A stretch of 64,000 nt of DNA from an uncultured Candidatus Rokubacteria bacterium (GTDB taxonomy: Bacteria > Methylomirabilota > Methylomirabilia > Rokubacteriales > DASRDR01). Position numbers and translations under genes: made by a program. Location of the stretch: assembly GCA_963805625.1 (NCBI GenBank), contig CAWDVE010000010.1:928001-992000 (forward strand). The letters run 5' to 3'. Under the pieces are notes generated by a model. That model worked only from the letters and a program-made list of their open reading frames with translations. It was not told where the DNA came from and searched no databases. Positions 19,918 to 29,994 of the stretch are shown here, one piece after another. Each line of letters begins with the position of its first letter. Position 1 is the stretch's first letter.

Positions 19918-20859
19918 ATGCGCATCGGAGTCGACCTGGGCGGTACGAAGATCGAGGCCGTCGCGCTCGACCGCGACGGGCGCGAGCGCGGCCGGCGCCG
20001 TGTGCCGACGCCGCGCGACCGCTACGCCGCGACGCTGGCCGCGATCACCACGCTGGTCGAGGGGCTCGAGCGCGAGGGCGGCGAGCCCGCGCGGGTCGGC
20101 ATCGGAATGCCGGGAGCGCTCTCACCCGCTACCGGGCTCGTGAAGAACGCGAACAGCGTCTGGCTCAACGGCCGCGCCCTTCGCCAGGACCTCGAGCGCC
20201 TTCTCCACCGGCCTCTCCGCTTCGCAAACGACGCGAACTGCTTCGCGCTGTCCGAGGCCCGGGACGGCGCCGGCGCGGGGGCGCGCGTCGTCTTCGGCGT
20301 CATCCTGGGAACCGGCGCCGGCGGCGGCATCGTCGTCGACGGCCGTGTCCTGACGGGCCCGAACGCGGTCGCCGGGGAGTGGGGCCACAATCCCCTCCCC
20401 TGGCCGCGCACCGGGGAATGGCCGGGTGCGGCCTGCTACTGCGGGCGGACGGGCTGCGTGGAAACCTTCCTGTCTGGACCCGGCATCTCCCGGGATCACC
20501 TCGAGGCAACCGGCGAGGGGCTCAATGCGACGACCATCGCCGCGCGCGCGGCCGGCGGCGACGAGCGCTGCGAGGCGACGCTCGCCCGCTACGAGGAGCG
20601 GCTCGCCCGGGCGCTGGCAGCGGTCGTCAACCTCCTCGACCCGGACGTGATCGTGCTCGGCGGCGGGCTCTCGAACCTCACCCGGCTCTATGAGAGGGTT
20701 CCGGAGTGCTGGGGCGCCTGGGTGTTCTCGGACCGCGTCGACACCCGGCTCCGCCCGCCGCAGCACGGCGATTCGAGCGGTGTCCGGGGAGCGGCGTGGC
20801 TCTGGGAGGCCGCCGAGGACGACGGAAGGCCGAGCCCGTGGCCGCCTCCTACCGGCTGA
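19918..20859 (+). CDS. ROK family sugar kinase (fructokinase/Mak-like)
   Basis: 'GVDLGGTKIE', 'ANDANCFALSE', 'GEWGH', 'CYCGRTGCVE', 'HGDSSGVRGAA'. Confidence 0.93.
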   Translation: MRIGVDLGGTKIEAVALDRDGRERGRRRVPTPRDRYAATLAAITTLVEGLEREGGEPARVGIGMPGALSPATGLVKNANSVWLNGRALRQDLERLLHRPLRFANDANCFALSEARDGAGAGARVVFGVILGTGAGGGIVVDGRVLTGPNAVAGEWGHNPLPWPRTGEWPGAACYCGRTGCVETFLSGPGISRDHLEATGEGLNATTIAARAAGGDERCEATLARYEERLARALAAVVNLLDPDVIVLGGGLSNLTRLYERVPECWGAWVFSDRVDTRLRPPQHGDSSGVRGAAWLWEAAEDDGRPSPWPPPTG

Positions 20860-21321
20860 GCCCCGTCCGCCCGGCGGTCAACGCGCTGGTCCGGGGCCTG
20901 CCCGGCCTGGGCCTCGGCCCGCCTCGCACGTACCTCCTGACCGTCCCCGGACGCCGCAGCGGGCGGCCGCGATCGACGCCGGTGACGCTCGCTCGTCGAG
21001 GGCGGTGGGCAACGCTGGCTCGTGGCCCCCTACGGCACCGTGGGCTGGGTCATGAAGGCGCGCATGGCTGGACGTGTCACCCTCTCCCGCGGGTGACGGA
21101 GAGAGACCGTGCTCGTGTCGGAGCTCGACTCCCGGAAGAGCGCCCCGGTGCTCCGTCAGTACGCGCGCGAAGTGCCAGTCACGCGCCCGTTCTTCGACGC
21201 AGGGCCCGACGGCCCGCTCGAGGGGTTCGCCGCCGAGGCCACCCGTCACCCGGTGTTCCGAATCATGTTGGCGAGCACCGCGAGCGAGTCCACGCGAACG
21301 AGGTCGGGGCGGCTCGCATGA
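20838..21321 (+). pseudogene. Deazaflavin (F420)-dependent nitroreductase family (DUF385-like) pseudogene
   Basis: 'LLTVPGRRSGRPRSTPV' [frameshift near 20995] 'WLVAPYGTVGWV...RG*' (TGA at 21094) '...HPVFRI'. Confidence 0.75.
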
Positions 21322-21971
21322 CGCCCGCTCCGGTCGATCAGCACGGCCCGCAGGCCCGCGGCGTGGGCTCCCTCGCAATCCTCGACCGGCGAGTCCCCGA
21401 CGTGGAGCGCCCGCGCGGCGTCAACCCCGTGATGCGCAAGCGCCCGCGCGAAGATCGCGCGGTCCGGCTTGGTCGCGCCCACCTGGCTCGAGAGTGTCAC
21501 CGACTGGAACCAGGGCGAGAGGCCCAGGCCCTCGAGAATTCGCAGGACTCGGCTGTCGAAGTTACTCACGACGCCGAGCCGAGAGCCGAGGGCACGGAGG
21601 GCGGAAAGCGCCGGCATCACGTCCGGGAAGACGTCCCACGTGGCCGGGTCCTCGAAGTGGCGGTAGACCGCGTCGAAGTACGCGCCGAACGCGCCAGGGC
21701 CGAAGCCGGCCAGGAGCCCGGCCCCGGCGAAGACGTCCCGCACGATCCCCCGCCAGACCTCGCGCTCGAGTCCGGGAACCGCCTCGGCCGGCGCGCCGGG
21801 GAACGCCATCGGTGGCGCCGCCCGGAAGGCGCGGGGAAACTCGCGCTCGAGCGCCTTTGGATCGGGGGCAGGCCCGAAGCGACCGGCGACGCGCGCGTAC
21901 TGTACGCCGACCCCGTCGCGGACCCGGATCAGCGTGCCCGCGACGTCGAAGAAGACCACGGTTGCCGTCAC
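21246..21971 (-). CDS. HAD-IA family hydrolase
   Basis: 'FFDVAGTL', 'VVSNFD', 'KPD', 'HVGDS...D'. Confidence 0.92.
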   Translation of the reverse strand: MTATVVFFDVAGTLIRVRDGVGVQYARVAGRFGPAPDPKALEREFPRAFRAAPPMAFPGAPAEAVPGLEREVWRGIVRDVFAGAGLLAGFGPGAFGAYFDAVYRHFEDPATWDVFPDVMPALSALRALGSRLGVVSNFDSRVLRILEGLGLSPWFQSVTLSSQVGATKPDRAIFARALAHHGVDAARALHVGDSPVEDCEGAHAAGLRAVLIDRSGRHASRPDLVRVDSLAVLANMIRNTG

Positions 21972-22027
21972 CCTCTCCTCCGTGTCGCGCCACGGACCGG
22001 CGGGCTCGCAGGCTCCCGGCTCCGGCG

Positions 22028-22720
22028 ATGAGCGCACCAGATCCCCCGCGACCCGCACCCACCCCGTTCCACGAGGCGGCCGGCGAGGGACTGACCGTTC
22101 GCGGGATGCTTCACGTCCCCGCGGGTAGCGCCGAGGACGGCCTCGTCCTCACCCACGGCGCCGGCTCGTCCTCCGACAGCCCGCTCCTCGTTGCGCTCGC
22201 CGAGGCACTGGCAGCCCGGGGCGTCGTGGTGCTTCGCTGCGACCTCCCGTTTCGCCTGGCTCGTCCGCATGGGCCGCCGTCGCCAGCCGGCGCCGCGCGA
22301 GACCGCGCCGGGCTCCGGGCCGCCGTAGCGGCGCTCGTGCGCACTGGTCTCAGACGTGTCGGGCTCGGCGGCCACTCCTACGGCGGCCGTCAGGCGAGCC
22401 TCCTCGCCGCGGAGGAGCCCACTCTGGCGAGCGCGCTTCTCCTGCTCGCCTATCCCCTCCACCCGCCGGGACGGCTCGCAGAGCTCCGGATCGCCCACTT
22501 CCCGCGACTCCGCACGCCCGCCCTGTTCGTCCACGGAACCACGGACCCGTTCGGCTCGGTGGCTGAGCTCCGGAGCGCCCTGGCCGGAATTCCGGCCCCG
22601 ACAGCCCTCCACCTCGAGCCCGGGGTCGGCCACGACCTCGGCGCGTCGCGGCGCTCGCGCAACGCGCTGTCGGAGCTGGCCGCGCGCATCGCGGAGCGCT
22701 GGCTCGAGGTCGAAGCATGA
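22028..22720 (+). CDS. Alpha/beta hydrolase (KANL3/Tex30-like)
   Basis: 'LTHGAG', 'GGHSYGGR', 'YPLHPPG', 'HGTTDPFG'. Confidence 0.9.
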   Translation: MSAPDPPRPAPTPFHEAAGEGLTVRGMLHVPAGSAEDGLVLTHGAGSSSDSPLLVALAEALAARGVVVLRCDLPFRLARPHGPPSPAGAARDRAGLRAAVAALVRTGLRRVGLGGHSYGGRQASLLAAEEPTLASALLLLAYPLHPPGRLAELRIAHFPRLRTPALFVHGTTDPFGSVAELRSALAGIPAPTALHLEPGVGHDLGASRRSRNALSELAARIAERWLEVEA

Positions 22721-22807
22721 GGTCCGGCAAGATCGGCAGTCTAGCACGGTGCCGGCGCGCCCCGCGCGCTGGGCGAGTGCTCGGCCAAACCTGCTATATT
22801 TCACGGG

Positions 22808-24601
22808 ATGGTGATCCACGAGCGCGTCGCGCGACTCCGGAACGAGCTGAGCAAGGACGGCCTCGCGGGCTTCCTCGTCCCGCGAGCCGACGAACACCAG
22901 GGCGAGTACGTGCCGCCCCGGGCCCAGCGCCTCGCCTGGCTCACGGGGTTCACCGGATCCGCGGGGCTCGCGGTGGTCCTGACCGACAGGGCGGCGATCT
23001 TCGTCGACGGCCGGTACACGCTCCAAGTGCGGGACGAAGCTCCCGCTGACGCGTTCGAGTACCACCACGTGACGGAGAGCCCGCCCGCCGAGTGGCTCCG
23101 TCTGCGGCTCCGCCAGGGAGACCGGCTCGGCTATGATCCGTGGCTCCACACAATCGAGAGCGTCGAGCGGCTGCAGACCGTATGCGGCAAGGCGGGCGCC
23201 ACGCTGGTTGCCGTCCCCGAGAACCTCGTGGACCGGATCTGGGACGATCAGCCGCCGCCGCCCCGCGGGCCGATCGTCCCCCACGACCTGAAGCACGCCG
23301 GGCGGCCCTCCCCGGACAAGCGGCATGAGATCGGCGAGCTCCTGGCGCACGACGCCGTCGACGCGGTGGTCCTCGCCGCTCCCGACTCGATCGCGTGGCT
23401 CCTCAACGTCCGGGGCAGCGACGTCGTCCACACGCCGCTTCCGCTCGCGTTCGCGGTGGTGCACCGCGACACGACCGTGGATCTCTTCGTGGATCCGGAC
23501 AAGCCCGCGCCTGGCCTCCTGGAGCACCTCGGCGAGGGGGTGCGCGTGCTGGCTGGGGATGCGCTCGGCCCTGCCCTGGACCGCCTGGGGGCGACACGCC
23601 GGACGGTCCAGGTCGATCCGAGCTCGACGGCGGCGTGGATCATCGCGCGCCTCACCGCCGCCGGCGCGACGGTGACGCGGGCGGCCGACCCCTGCCTCCT
23701 CCCCAAGGCCACCAAGAACGACGTGGAGCTGGCCGGGGCCCGCAGCGCCCACGAGAAGGACGGCATCGCGCTCGCTCGCTTCCTCGCCTGGCTCGCCCGT
23801 GAGGGACCGGCGGGACGCCTCACCGAGATCACCGCGGCCGAGCATCTGGACGCGCTGCGCGCGGAGGAGCCCCTCTTCCGCGACGTGAGCTTCCCCACGA
23901 TCTCGGGCGCGGGGCCGAATGGCGCCGTCGTCCACTACCGCGCGACGCCGCGCACGGACCGGCGGATCGAGGGCGGGATGCTGTATCTGGTCGATTCCGG
24001 GGCGCAGTATCTCGACGGAACGACTGACGTGACCCGGACCGTCGCCATCGGCCCGCCGACGGCCGAGCAGCGGGACCGGTTCACGCGGGTCCTCCGGGGC
24101 CACATCGCGCTCGCCATGGCGCGCTTCCCGCAAGGAACGACCGGATCCCAGCTCGACGCCCTGGCCCGCGCCCCGCTCTGGGACGCCGGCCTGGACTACG
24201 ACCATGGCACGGGCCACGGGGTGGGCAGCTACCTGTCGGTCCACGAAGGTCCGCAGCGGATCTCCAAGGTGGGCAACAACGTGGCGCTCCGCCCCGGGAT
24301 GATCGTCTCCAACGAGCCCGGCTACTACAAGACCGGGGAATACGGGATCCGCATCGAGAGCCTGGTCGTCGTCGCGCCCGTGCCATCGCCGCGCGGCGGC
24401 GAGGTCACCCTCTACGGCTTCGAGACGCTGACGCTCGCACCGATCGACCGCACTCTCGTCGACCCGGGGCTCCTCACGCCCGCGGAGATCGCCTGGCTCG
24501 ACGCCTACCACGCGCGCGTGCGGGAGGCGATCACGCCGAAGGTCGACCGGGAGACCGCCGTGTGGCTGGCCCAGGCCACGCAGCCGCTCACGCCTCCCTG
24601 A
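22808..24601 (+). CDS. Aminopeptidase P (M24 Xaa-Pro aminopeptidase)
   Basis: 'GFTGSAG', 'DSGAQYLDGTTDVTRT', 'HGTGHGVG', 'HEGPQ', 'SNEPGYY', 'GIRIE'. Confidence 0.96.
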   Translation: MVIHERVARLRNELSKDGLAGFLVPRADEHQGEYVPPRAQRLAWLTGFTGSAGLAVVLTDRAAIFVDGRYTLQVRDEAPADAFEYHHVTESPPAEWLRLRLRQGDRLGYDPWLHTIESVERLQTVCGKAGATLVAVPENLVDRIWDDQPPPPRGPIVPHDLKHAGRPSPDKRHEIGELLAHDAVDAVVLAAPDSIAWLLNVRGSDVVHTPLPLAFAVVHRDTTVDLFVDPDKPAPGLLEHLGEGVRVLAGDALGPALDRLGATRRTVQVDPSSTAAWIIARLTAAGATVTRAADPCLLPKATKNDVELAGARSAHEKDGIALARFLAWLAREGPAGRLTEITAAEHLDALRAEEPLFRDVSFPTISGAGPNGAVVHYRATPRTDRRIEGGMLYLVDSGAQYLDGTTDVTRTVAIGPPTAEQRDRFTRVLRGHIALAMARFPQGTTGSQLDALARAPLWDAGLDYDHGTGHGVGSYLSVHEGPQRISKVGNNVALRPGMIVSNEPGYYKTGEYGIRIESLVVVAPVPSPRGGEVTLYGFETLTLAPIDRTLVDPGLLTPAEIAWLDAYHARVREAITPKVDRETAVWLAQATQPLTPP

Positions 24602-24659
24602 AGCCGGCGTAGCGGCGCGGGCTCCGAGCCTCCGCCGCGGGCACGACGACCCGACGGCT

Positions 24660-25043
24660 CTAGATCCGCTCCTCCTGTCTCACGGTCCGCTCCTCCACAA
24701 CGTTCCCCGTGTTCAGTGTGGTCCTGGGCTCGAGAAGCACCACGTGAACCTCGTCGGTCAGGGCGAGCGGGCAGTGCTCCACGCCCCTCGGGATGATAAT
24801 CAGCTCGCCCGGCCCGAGGTCCCGGTCGCCATCACGGAGCTGCATGCGAAGACGTCCCTCGATCACGAGGAACAGCTCGTCCTCCGCCTCGTGGTGGTGC
24901 CAGACGAATTCACCCTTGAGCTTGACCAGCTTCACGTAGCTGTCGTTCAGCTCGCCCGCGATCCGCGGATTCCAGTAGTCATGGATGCGGGCGAACTTCT
25001 CCCCGAGGTTCACGATCTCCACGAGAGCCTCCTCGACCGGCAC
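24660..25043 (-). CDS. Cupin domain protein
   Basis: 'GEFVWHHHEAEDELF', 'PRGVEHCP', 'LNTG'; start uncertain. Confidence 0.9.
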   Translation of the reverse strand: MPVEEALVEIVNLGEKFARIHDYWNPRIAGELNDSYVKLVKLKGEFVWHHHEAEDELFLVIEGRLRMQLRDGDRDLGPGELIIIPRGVEHCPLALTDEVHVVLLEPRTTLNTGNVVEERTVRQEERI

Positions 25044-25094
25044 GCTGTGGTTCGCGTCACTTCCCTGCGCCTGGGACCGGAATCCCGAGCTCGC

Positions 25095-25508
25095 TCAGTC
25101 GAGCCCCCAGCTCCGCACGCGCGAAGGGACGATACGGAACATCACGCGGTCCGCCGGCATGGCCCGCCCGCCCCAGCGCCGCTCGAGGTACGGGCGGTAC
25201 TTCTCCACGAAACGCTCGGCCAGCACCCGCCGCTCGGGCCCGTCCGACAGGAACTCCGCCCGCCCGTGCACGCTGACGCCGCGCACGTCGCCGGTCACAC
25301 CGCCTTCGGCGATCACGCAGACGCGCGGGTCGCGGTGGAGATTGCGGACCTTCTGGGTCCCCGCGACACTGATCATGGTCAAGACCGCCGGGTCCTGAAG
25401 AAACCACATCGGCATCGCGAGCGGCGCGCCGTCCGCCTGCACGGTCGCGAGCACGACGACCTCCTTGGTGGCGAGAAACTCCTGGATCCGACCCTGGGCG
25501 AGGCTCAT
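25095..25508 (-). CDS. PPOX-class (split beta-barrel) putative F420/FMN-dependent oxidoreductase
   Basis: 'LATVQADGAP', 'KVRNLHRDPRV', 'SW' C-terminus. Confidence 0.85.
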   Translation of the reverse strand: MSLAQGRIQEFLATKEVVVLATVQADGAPLAMPMWFLQDPAVLTMISVAGTQKVRNLHRDPRVCVIAEGGVTGDVRGVSVHGRAEFLSDGPERRVLAERFVEKYRPYLERRWGGRAMPADRVMFRIVPSRVRSWGLD

Positions 25509-25543
25509 GGCTTGCCCACTCCTTCCGTCCGCACGGACGGCGT

Positions 25544-26195
25544 CTACCGCATCTCACGGCCGCCTGGCGCCAAGGTTCCTCGAACCGACCCGCCCGCGGG
25601 CAGGACGATCACGGCGAGGCCGCCGAGGATCAGAGCCATTCCAGCGTAGCGCATCGGGCTGAAGGCCTCCTGGAAGATCAGCGCGGACGACAGCAGGCCC
25701 GTGCATGGCGCGATGAGGGCGAACGGCGCCACCGCAACGGCCGGATAGCGCTGGAGCAGGCTCCCCCAGCTGGCATAGGCCACGACGGTGGCCATGACTC
25801 CCAGATAGACCACGGCCCCGATGCTGAGCCACGACGCGCTCGAGATGGCGTCCAGGAGGGACGGGCGCGGATCGTAGAACGCCGACGCCAGGAGGGGGAC
25901 GGCAGCGGCGGGACGAGGCTCGCCCACACGACCAGCGGGAAGATCGGGACGCTGGCCGCGCGCTTGACCAGAAAGATGCGGCCTCGACGACGTCGCGCCG
26001 GAGGCGGACGATCACCTCGTCCTGGGGCTCGGCGCCGCTGTTGCCGACCTCGAGGCGGTAGATGAAGGTGCAGCCGTGCTGCCCGCACATCGTGAGCGGG
26101 GGCTCCGGCTGGTAGCGCCACGACGCCCGCCTCCACCAACGCCCGGCGGCACCAGCGCGCCCAGTCCCGCACGCGCCGAGGGTATCACGCGCATC
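25544..26195 (-). pseudogene. Chimeric remnant: unknown secreted-protein N-terminus fused to EamA C-terminal half
   Basis: 'RYQPEPPLTMCGQHGCTFIYRLEVGNSG' joined near 25980 to 'LVVWASLVPPLP[fs]...YLGVMATVVAY..WGSLLQRYPAVAVAPFAL'; upstream boundary approximate. Confidence 0.6.
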
Positions 26196-26329
26196 CGCGG
26201 AACCCGCCCGAGTCCGAGTCCGCACCGCGCGTGGGGCTTGTCGGCGCTCGCGTCCTCGGTCAGACTGTCGTCTTGCGGCCCAAGGCGCAAATCGTCCCGC
26301 TACGGGACAGGGCCCGATGCGAAGAGACG

Positions 26330-26671
26330 ATGACAACGACGGGCGGCGACCAAGCGATGGTGCTCCTCGTGGAGCTCTTCGTCCATCCGGGCCGCGAGGC
26401 CGAGCTAAGCCGCTTCGAGACGGATGCGGCCCGCATCATGCGCCGCCACAGCGGTCGGATCGACCGGGTGGTCCGGCCGACGGGCCGGGCGCACGGCGCC
26501 ATCTTCCCGCACGAGATCCATCTCGTCTCGTTCGCCAGCGCCGCCGCCTTCGAGGGGTACCGGGCCGACCCCGAGCTCCTGGCGCTGGCCCCGCTCCGGG
26601 GATCGGCCATCGCCCGAACGGAGGTCACCATGGGGATCGACGGCGAGCCGTACCTGGACGGCTCACCATGA
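26330..26671 (+). CDS. DUF1330-like dimeric alpha/beta barrel protein
   Basis: 'PHEIHLVSFASAAAFEGYRADPE...R'; ATGA overlap with the SDR. Confidence 0.7.
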   Translation: MTTTGGDQAMVLLVELFVHPGREAELSRFETDAARIMRRHSGRIDRVVRPTGRAHGAIFPHEIHLVSFASAAAFEGYRADPELLALAPLRGSAIARTEVTMGIDGEPYLDGSP

Positions 26672-27432
26672 GCGGACGGCTCTCCGGTAAGGTCGCCATC
26701 GTCACCGGGGGCGCCTCGGGAATCGGGCGGGCAACGTGCCGCCTCTTCGGGCGCGAGGACGCCGCGGTGCTCGTGGCGGACATCGACGAGACGGGGGGCC
26801 GGGCCGTCGCCGAGGAGATCGCCCGCGCGGGCGGTCGGGCGACATTCATTCGCCTCGACGTCACCCGAGAGGCCGACTGGACCTCGGCGATCGAGCATGA
26901 CCTCCGCCAGTACGGGCGCCTCGACGTGCTCGTCAACAACGCCGGGCGCGGAGGCCTCCCCGCCCGCGTGACCGCCGAGCACGTCGCCCTCGACGACTGG
27001 GACCTCATCATGGCCGCGAACGCGACGAGCGTCATGCTCGGCACGAAGCACGCGATCCCGGCGATGCGCCGGACGGGCGGCGGCACGATCGTGAACGTCG
27101 TGTCCATCTACGCCCTCGTCGGCAGCCGCTCGGGCACCTCCTATCATGCTTCGAAAGGGGCGGCCCGCGCGCTGACGCGCGCCACGGCCATCCAGTACGC
27201 GCCGGAGGGCATCCGGATCAACGCGGTGTTCCCGGGCTTCGTCGAGACCGGCATGACCGCCGAGCTTCACGCACGGCCCGGTGTCCGGGAGGAGCGGGTG
27301 GCGCTGACGCCGCTCGGGCGCGTCGCCGAGCCGGAGGACATCGCGCCTGGGATTCTCTACCTCGCCTCCGACGACTCGAGCTTCGTGACGGGCACGGAGC
27401 TCGTGATCGACGGGGGCATGACGGCCCGCTGA
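26668..27432 (+). CDS. SDR family oxidoreductase
   Basis: TGGASGIG, NNAG, YHASK, 'TGTELVIDGG'. Confidence 0.95.
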   Translation: MSGRLSGKVAIVTGGASGIGRATCRLFGREDAAVLVADIDETGGRAVAEEIARAGGRATFIRLDVTREADWTSAIEHDLRQYGRLDVLVNNAGRGGLPARVTAEHVALDDWDLIMAANATSVMLGTKHAIPAMRRTGGGTIVNVVSIYALVGSRSGTSYHASKGAARALTRATAIQYAPEGIRINAVFPGFVETGMTAELHARPGVREERVALTPLGRVAEPEDIAPGILYLASDDSSFVTGTELVIDGGMTAR

Positions 27433-27457
27433 CCGGCGGCGTATCGGGAGAGGCGCG

Positions 27458-28237
27458 GTGGCATCCGACGAGATCCTGGTCGCGCGGGACGGGCCGGTCC
27501 TGACCCTCACATTCAACCGGCCGGCGGCCCGGAACGCACTCACGTGGGGCATGTACGAGGGCCTGACCCGGGCCTGCGAGGAAGTCGACGCCGACGACTC
27601 GATCCAGGTGCTGATGCTCCGCGGCGCGGGAGGCCAGGCGTTCGTCGCGGGCACCGACATCGGGCAGTTCCAGGCCTTCTCCGGGGCGGAGGACGGCATC
27701 ACCTACGAGCGTGACGGCGACCGGCGCATCGACCGCCTCGCGGCGGTCCGGAAGCCCGTCATCGCGGCGATCCAGGGCTTCGCGATCGGCGCCGGCCTGC
27801 GCATCGCCGCGGCGTGCGACATCCGGATCGCCACGCCCGACGCCCGCTTTGGCGCCCCCATCGCGCGCACCCTAGGCAACTGCCTGTCCGCCCAGGCGTA
27901 CGCGGGACTCGTCGACCTCCTGGGGCCGTCGCGGGTCACGGCGCTCCTCTTCACGGCCAAGCTCCTCAGCGCCCAGGAGGCGCACGCCGCGGGATTCGTC
28001 CACGAGATCGTCGCGCCGGAGGAGCTCGACGCGCGTGCCCGGGCGCTCGCCCAGGAGATCGCCAGCCACGCCCCCGTCACGCTCCGTGTGACGAAGGAGG
28101 CCCTCCGCCGCATCCGGTCGGCTCGACCCGCTCCCGACATCGACGATCTGATCTCCGAGACATACGGCAGCGCGGACTTCCACGAGGGCGTCCGCGCGTT
28201 TCTCGAGAAGCGCACCCCTCAGTGGAAAGGTCGCTAG
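27458..28237 (+). CDS. Enoyl-CoA hydratase/isomerase family protein
   Basis: 'NRPAARNAL', 'AFVAGTDI', 'PIARTLGNCLS', 'DFHEGVRAFLEKR'. Confidence 0.93.
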   Translation: MASDEILVARDGPVLTLTFNRPAARNALTWGMYEGLTRACEEVDADDSIQVLMLRGAGGQAFVAGTDIGQFQAFSGAEDGITYERDGDRRIDRLAAVRKPVIAAIQGFAIGAGLRIAAACDIRIATPDARFGAPIARTLGNCLSAQAYAGLVDLLGPSRVTALLFTAKLLSAQEAHAAGFVHEIVAPEELDARARALAQEIASHAPVTLRVTKEALRRIRSARPAPDIDDLISETYGSADFHEGVRAFLEKRTPQWKGR

Positions 28238-28239
28238 GC

Positions 28240-29889
28240 ATGACGACGCCTCAGGCCGCTCCCGCACCCCACGAGACCTACGCCACGCGGTTCAGCTTCC
28301 GGCCCGTCGCCCTCGGGCGACGCGGCATGGTGGCGACCGCGAACCCGCTCGCCACCCTCGCCGGTCTCCGCATGTTCGCCCGCGGCGGGAACGCGGTCGA
28401 CGCCCTGGTCGCGGCGGCCGCCGCCATCGGCGTTGCGGAGCCCTACATGTCCGGCCTCGCCGGGTGTGGCGTCCTCGTGCTCACCCACCCCGACCACCGG
28501 CCGCAGGTCCTCAACTTCTTGGGCCGCGCGCCGTCCGGCACGACCCGCGAGCGGCTCCACGGCGCCAACCACACGAGCGGGCCGCTGTCCGTGGCCGTCC
28601 CCGGTAACCTCGCCGGGTGGGCGCGGGTTCTCGCCGATCACGGTACGCTGCCGCTCAGCGACGTGCTCGAGCCCGCCGCCGAGCTGGCCGAGGCCGGTCC
28701 GCCGCTGACCCCGTTCGACCGGCAGATGTTCGACGAGCATCTCACCCACCTGGACGCGGAAGCCGTCCGTACCTATCTCCACGGCGGCCGCACACCGGGC
28801 GTCGGCGCACCGCTCGCCCAGCCGAACCTCGCCGCCGCGTTCCGGCGGATCGGCCGCGAGGGCATCCAGGCCGTCTACGGCGGACCCTTCGGCGACGGGA
28901 TCGTGGCAGCGCTGGGCGGTGTCATGACCCGACGCGACCTCGAGGCATACCCGGAGCGGCTCGGGTGGGACGACCCGATCACGACGACCTACCGGGACGT
29001 GGAGGTGTTCGCGCCGGCGCCGCCGTCGAGCGGCTCGCAGGTCATCCAGACGCTCAACGGGATGGCCGGGTGGAACGTGGGCTCCTTCGAGCACCTCGGA
29101 CCGGACCACCTCGCCGTCATCGCCGAAGCCGCGCGCGCCGCGCGCCTCGACACCCATCGCCATATCGGCGATCCCGATGTTGTGGCAGTGCCGGTCGAGC
29201 GACTCCTGAGTCCCGCACGGACCGAGGCCCTCCGGGCCGAGATGCGGGCACGCCTCGACGCGCCGCGCCGGCCCGTCGCGGTGGCAGGCGGGAGCGATGC
29301 AAGCGGCGGAGCATCGACGACCCACCTGGCCGCGATGGACTCGAGCGGCCTCGCCGTCAACGTCACCCAGAGCCTCGGCAACGGCTTCGGGAGCGGGATC
29401 GTCGTCCCGGGCACCGGGATCTGCCTCAACAACGCGCTCCACTGGACGAGCACCGACCCGGGCCACCCGAACGTCGTGCAGCCGGGCAAGCGCCACGAGT
29501 GGCCAGTGGCGCCGATCCAGCTCTTCCGCGGGGGAAAGCTCTGGGGAACCGTGGGCACACCGGGGAGCTACGGCATCCTGGTGACAACCGTGCAGGTGCT
29601 GGCCAATCTCATCGACTTCGGCTTGAACGTCCAGGACGCGATCGGAGCGCCTCGATTCCGCTGGCTGGACGAGGCGATCGATCCGCTCCCGGCGGACAGG
29701 CTCCGGATCGAGTCGCGGGTCCCCGAGGCGACGCGCCGGGCGTTAGCCGCCCGCGGCTACGGGCTCGAGGTGATGGGCCCCTGGTCCATGCGGGTGGGCG
29801 GCGTTCAGGCCATCCTCCGCGACCAGGCGACCGGCTGGCTCATGGGCGGCGCCGATCCCCGCCGGAACGGCTACGCGATGGGGTGGTAA
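28240..29889 (+). CDS. Gamma-glutamyltransferase family (Ntn) protein
   Basis: 'GGNAVDA', 'AVPG', Thr nucleophile 'STTHL', 'FGSGIVVPGTGICLNN', 'GADPRRNG'. Confidence 0.9.
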   Translation: MTTPQAAPAPHETYATRFSFRPVALGRRGMVATANPLATLAGLRMFARGGNAVDALVAAAAAIGVAEPYMSGLAGCGVLVLTHPDHRPQVLNFLGRAPSGTTRERLHGANHTSGPLSVAVPGNLAGWARVLADHGTLPLSDVLEPAAELAEAGPPLTPFDRQMFDEHLTHLDAEAVRTYLHGGRTPGVGAPLAQPNLAAAFRRIGREGIQAVYGGPFGDGIVAALGGVMTRRDLEAYPERLGWDDPITTTYRDVEVFAPAPPSSGSQVIQTLNGMAGWNVGSFEHLGPDHLAVIAEAARAARLDTHRHIGDPDVVAVPVERLLSPARTEALRAEMRARLDAPRRPVAVAGGSDASGGASTTHLAAMDSSGLAVNVTQSLGNGFGSGIVVPGTGICLNNALHWTSTDPGHPNVVQPGKRHEWPVAPIQLFRGGKLWGTVGTPGSYGILVTTVQVLANLIDFGLNVQDAIGAPRFRWLDEAIDPLPADRLRIESRVPEATRRALAARGYGLEVMGPWSMRVGGVQAILRDQATGWLMGGADPRRNGYAMGW

Positions 29890-29994
29890 GCCGTCCCGGC
29901 GGCACCGACGGTCGGACGGGCGTGTGTCGTGAACCGCGCCACGACCGTCGGCCATCCGGGATGGCCAGAGAGCCCCGGCGGGGTCGGCGCAGCG

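Noticed and set aside
2142-21096. In-frame TGA (2142, 21094) as recoding or selenocysteine
   Set aside because: Both lie in genes that are also frameshifted; single transitions from TGG or CGA explain them, and TGA is the usual stop here.
26256-26270. GGTCAGACT as a fourth palindrome copy
   Set aside because: Only 9 bp match, with no GGGG tag and no partner arm.
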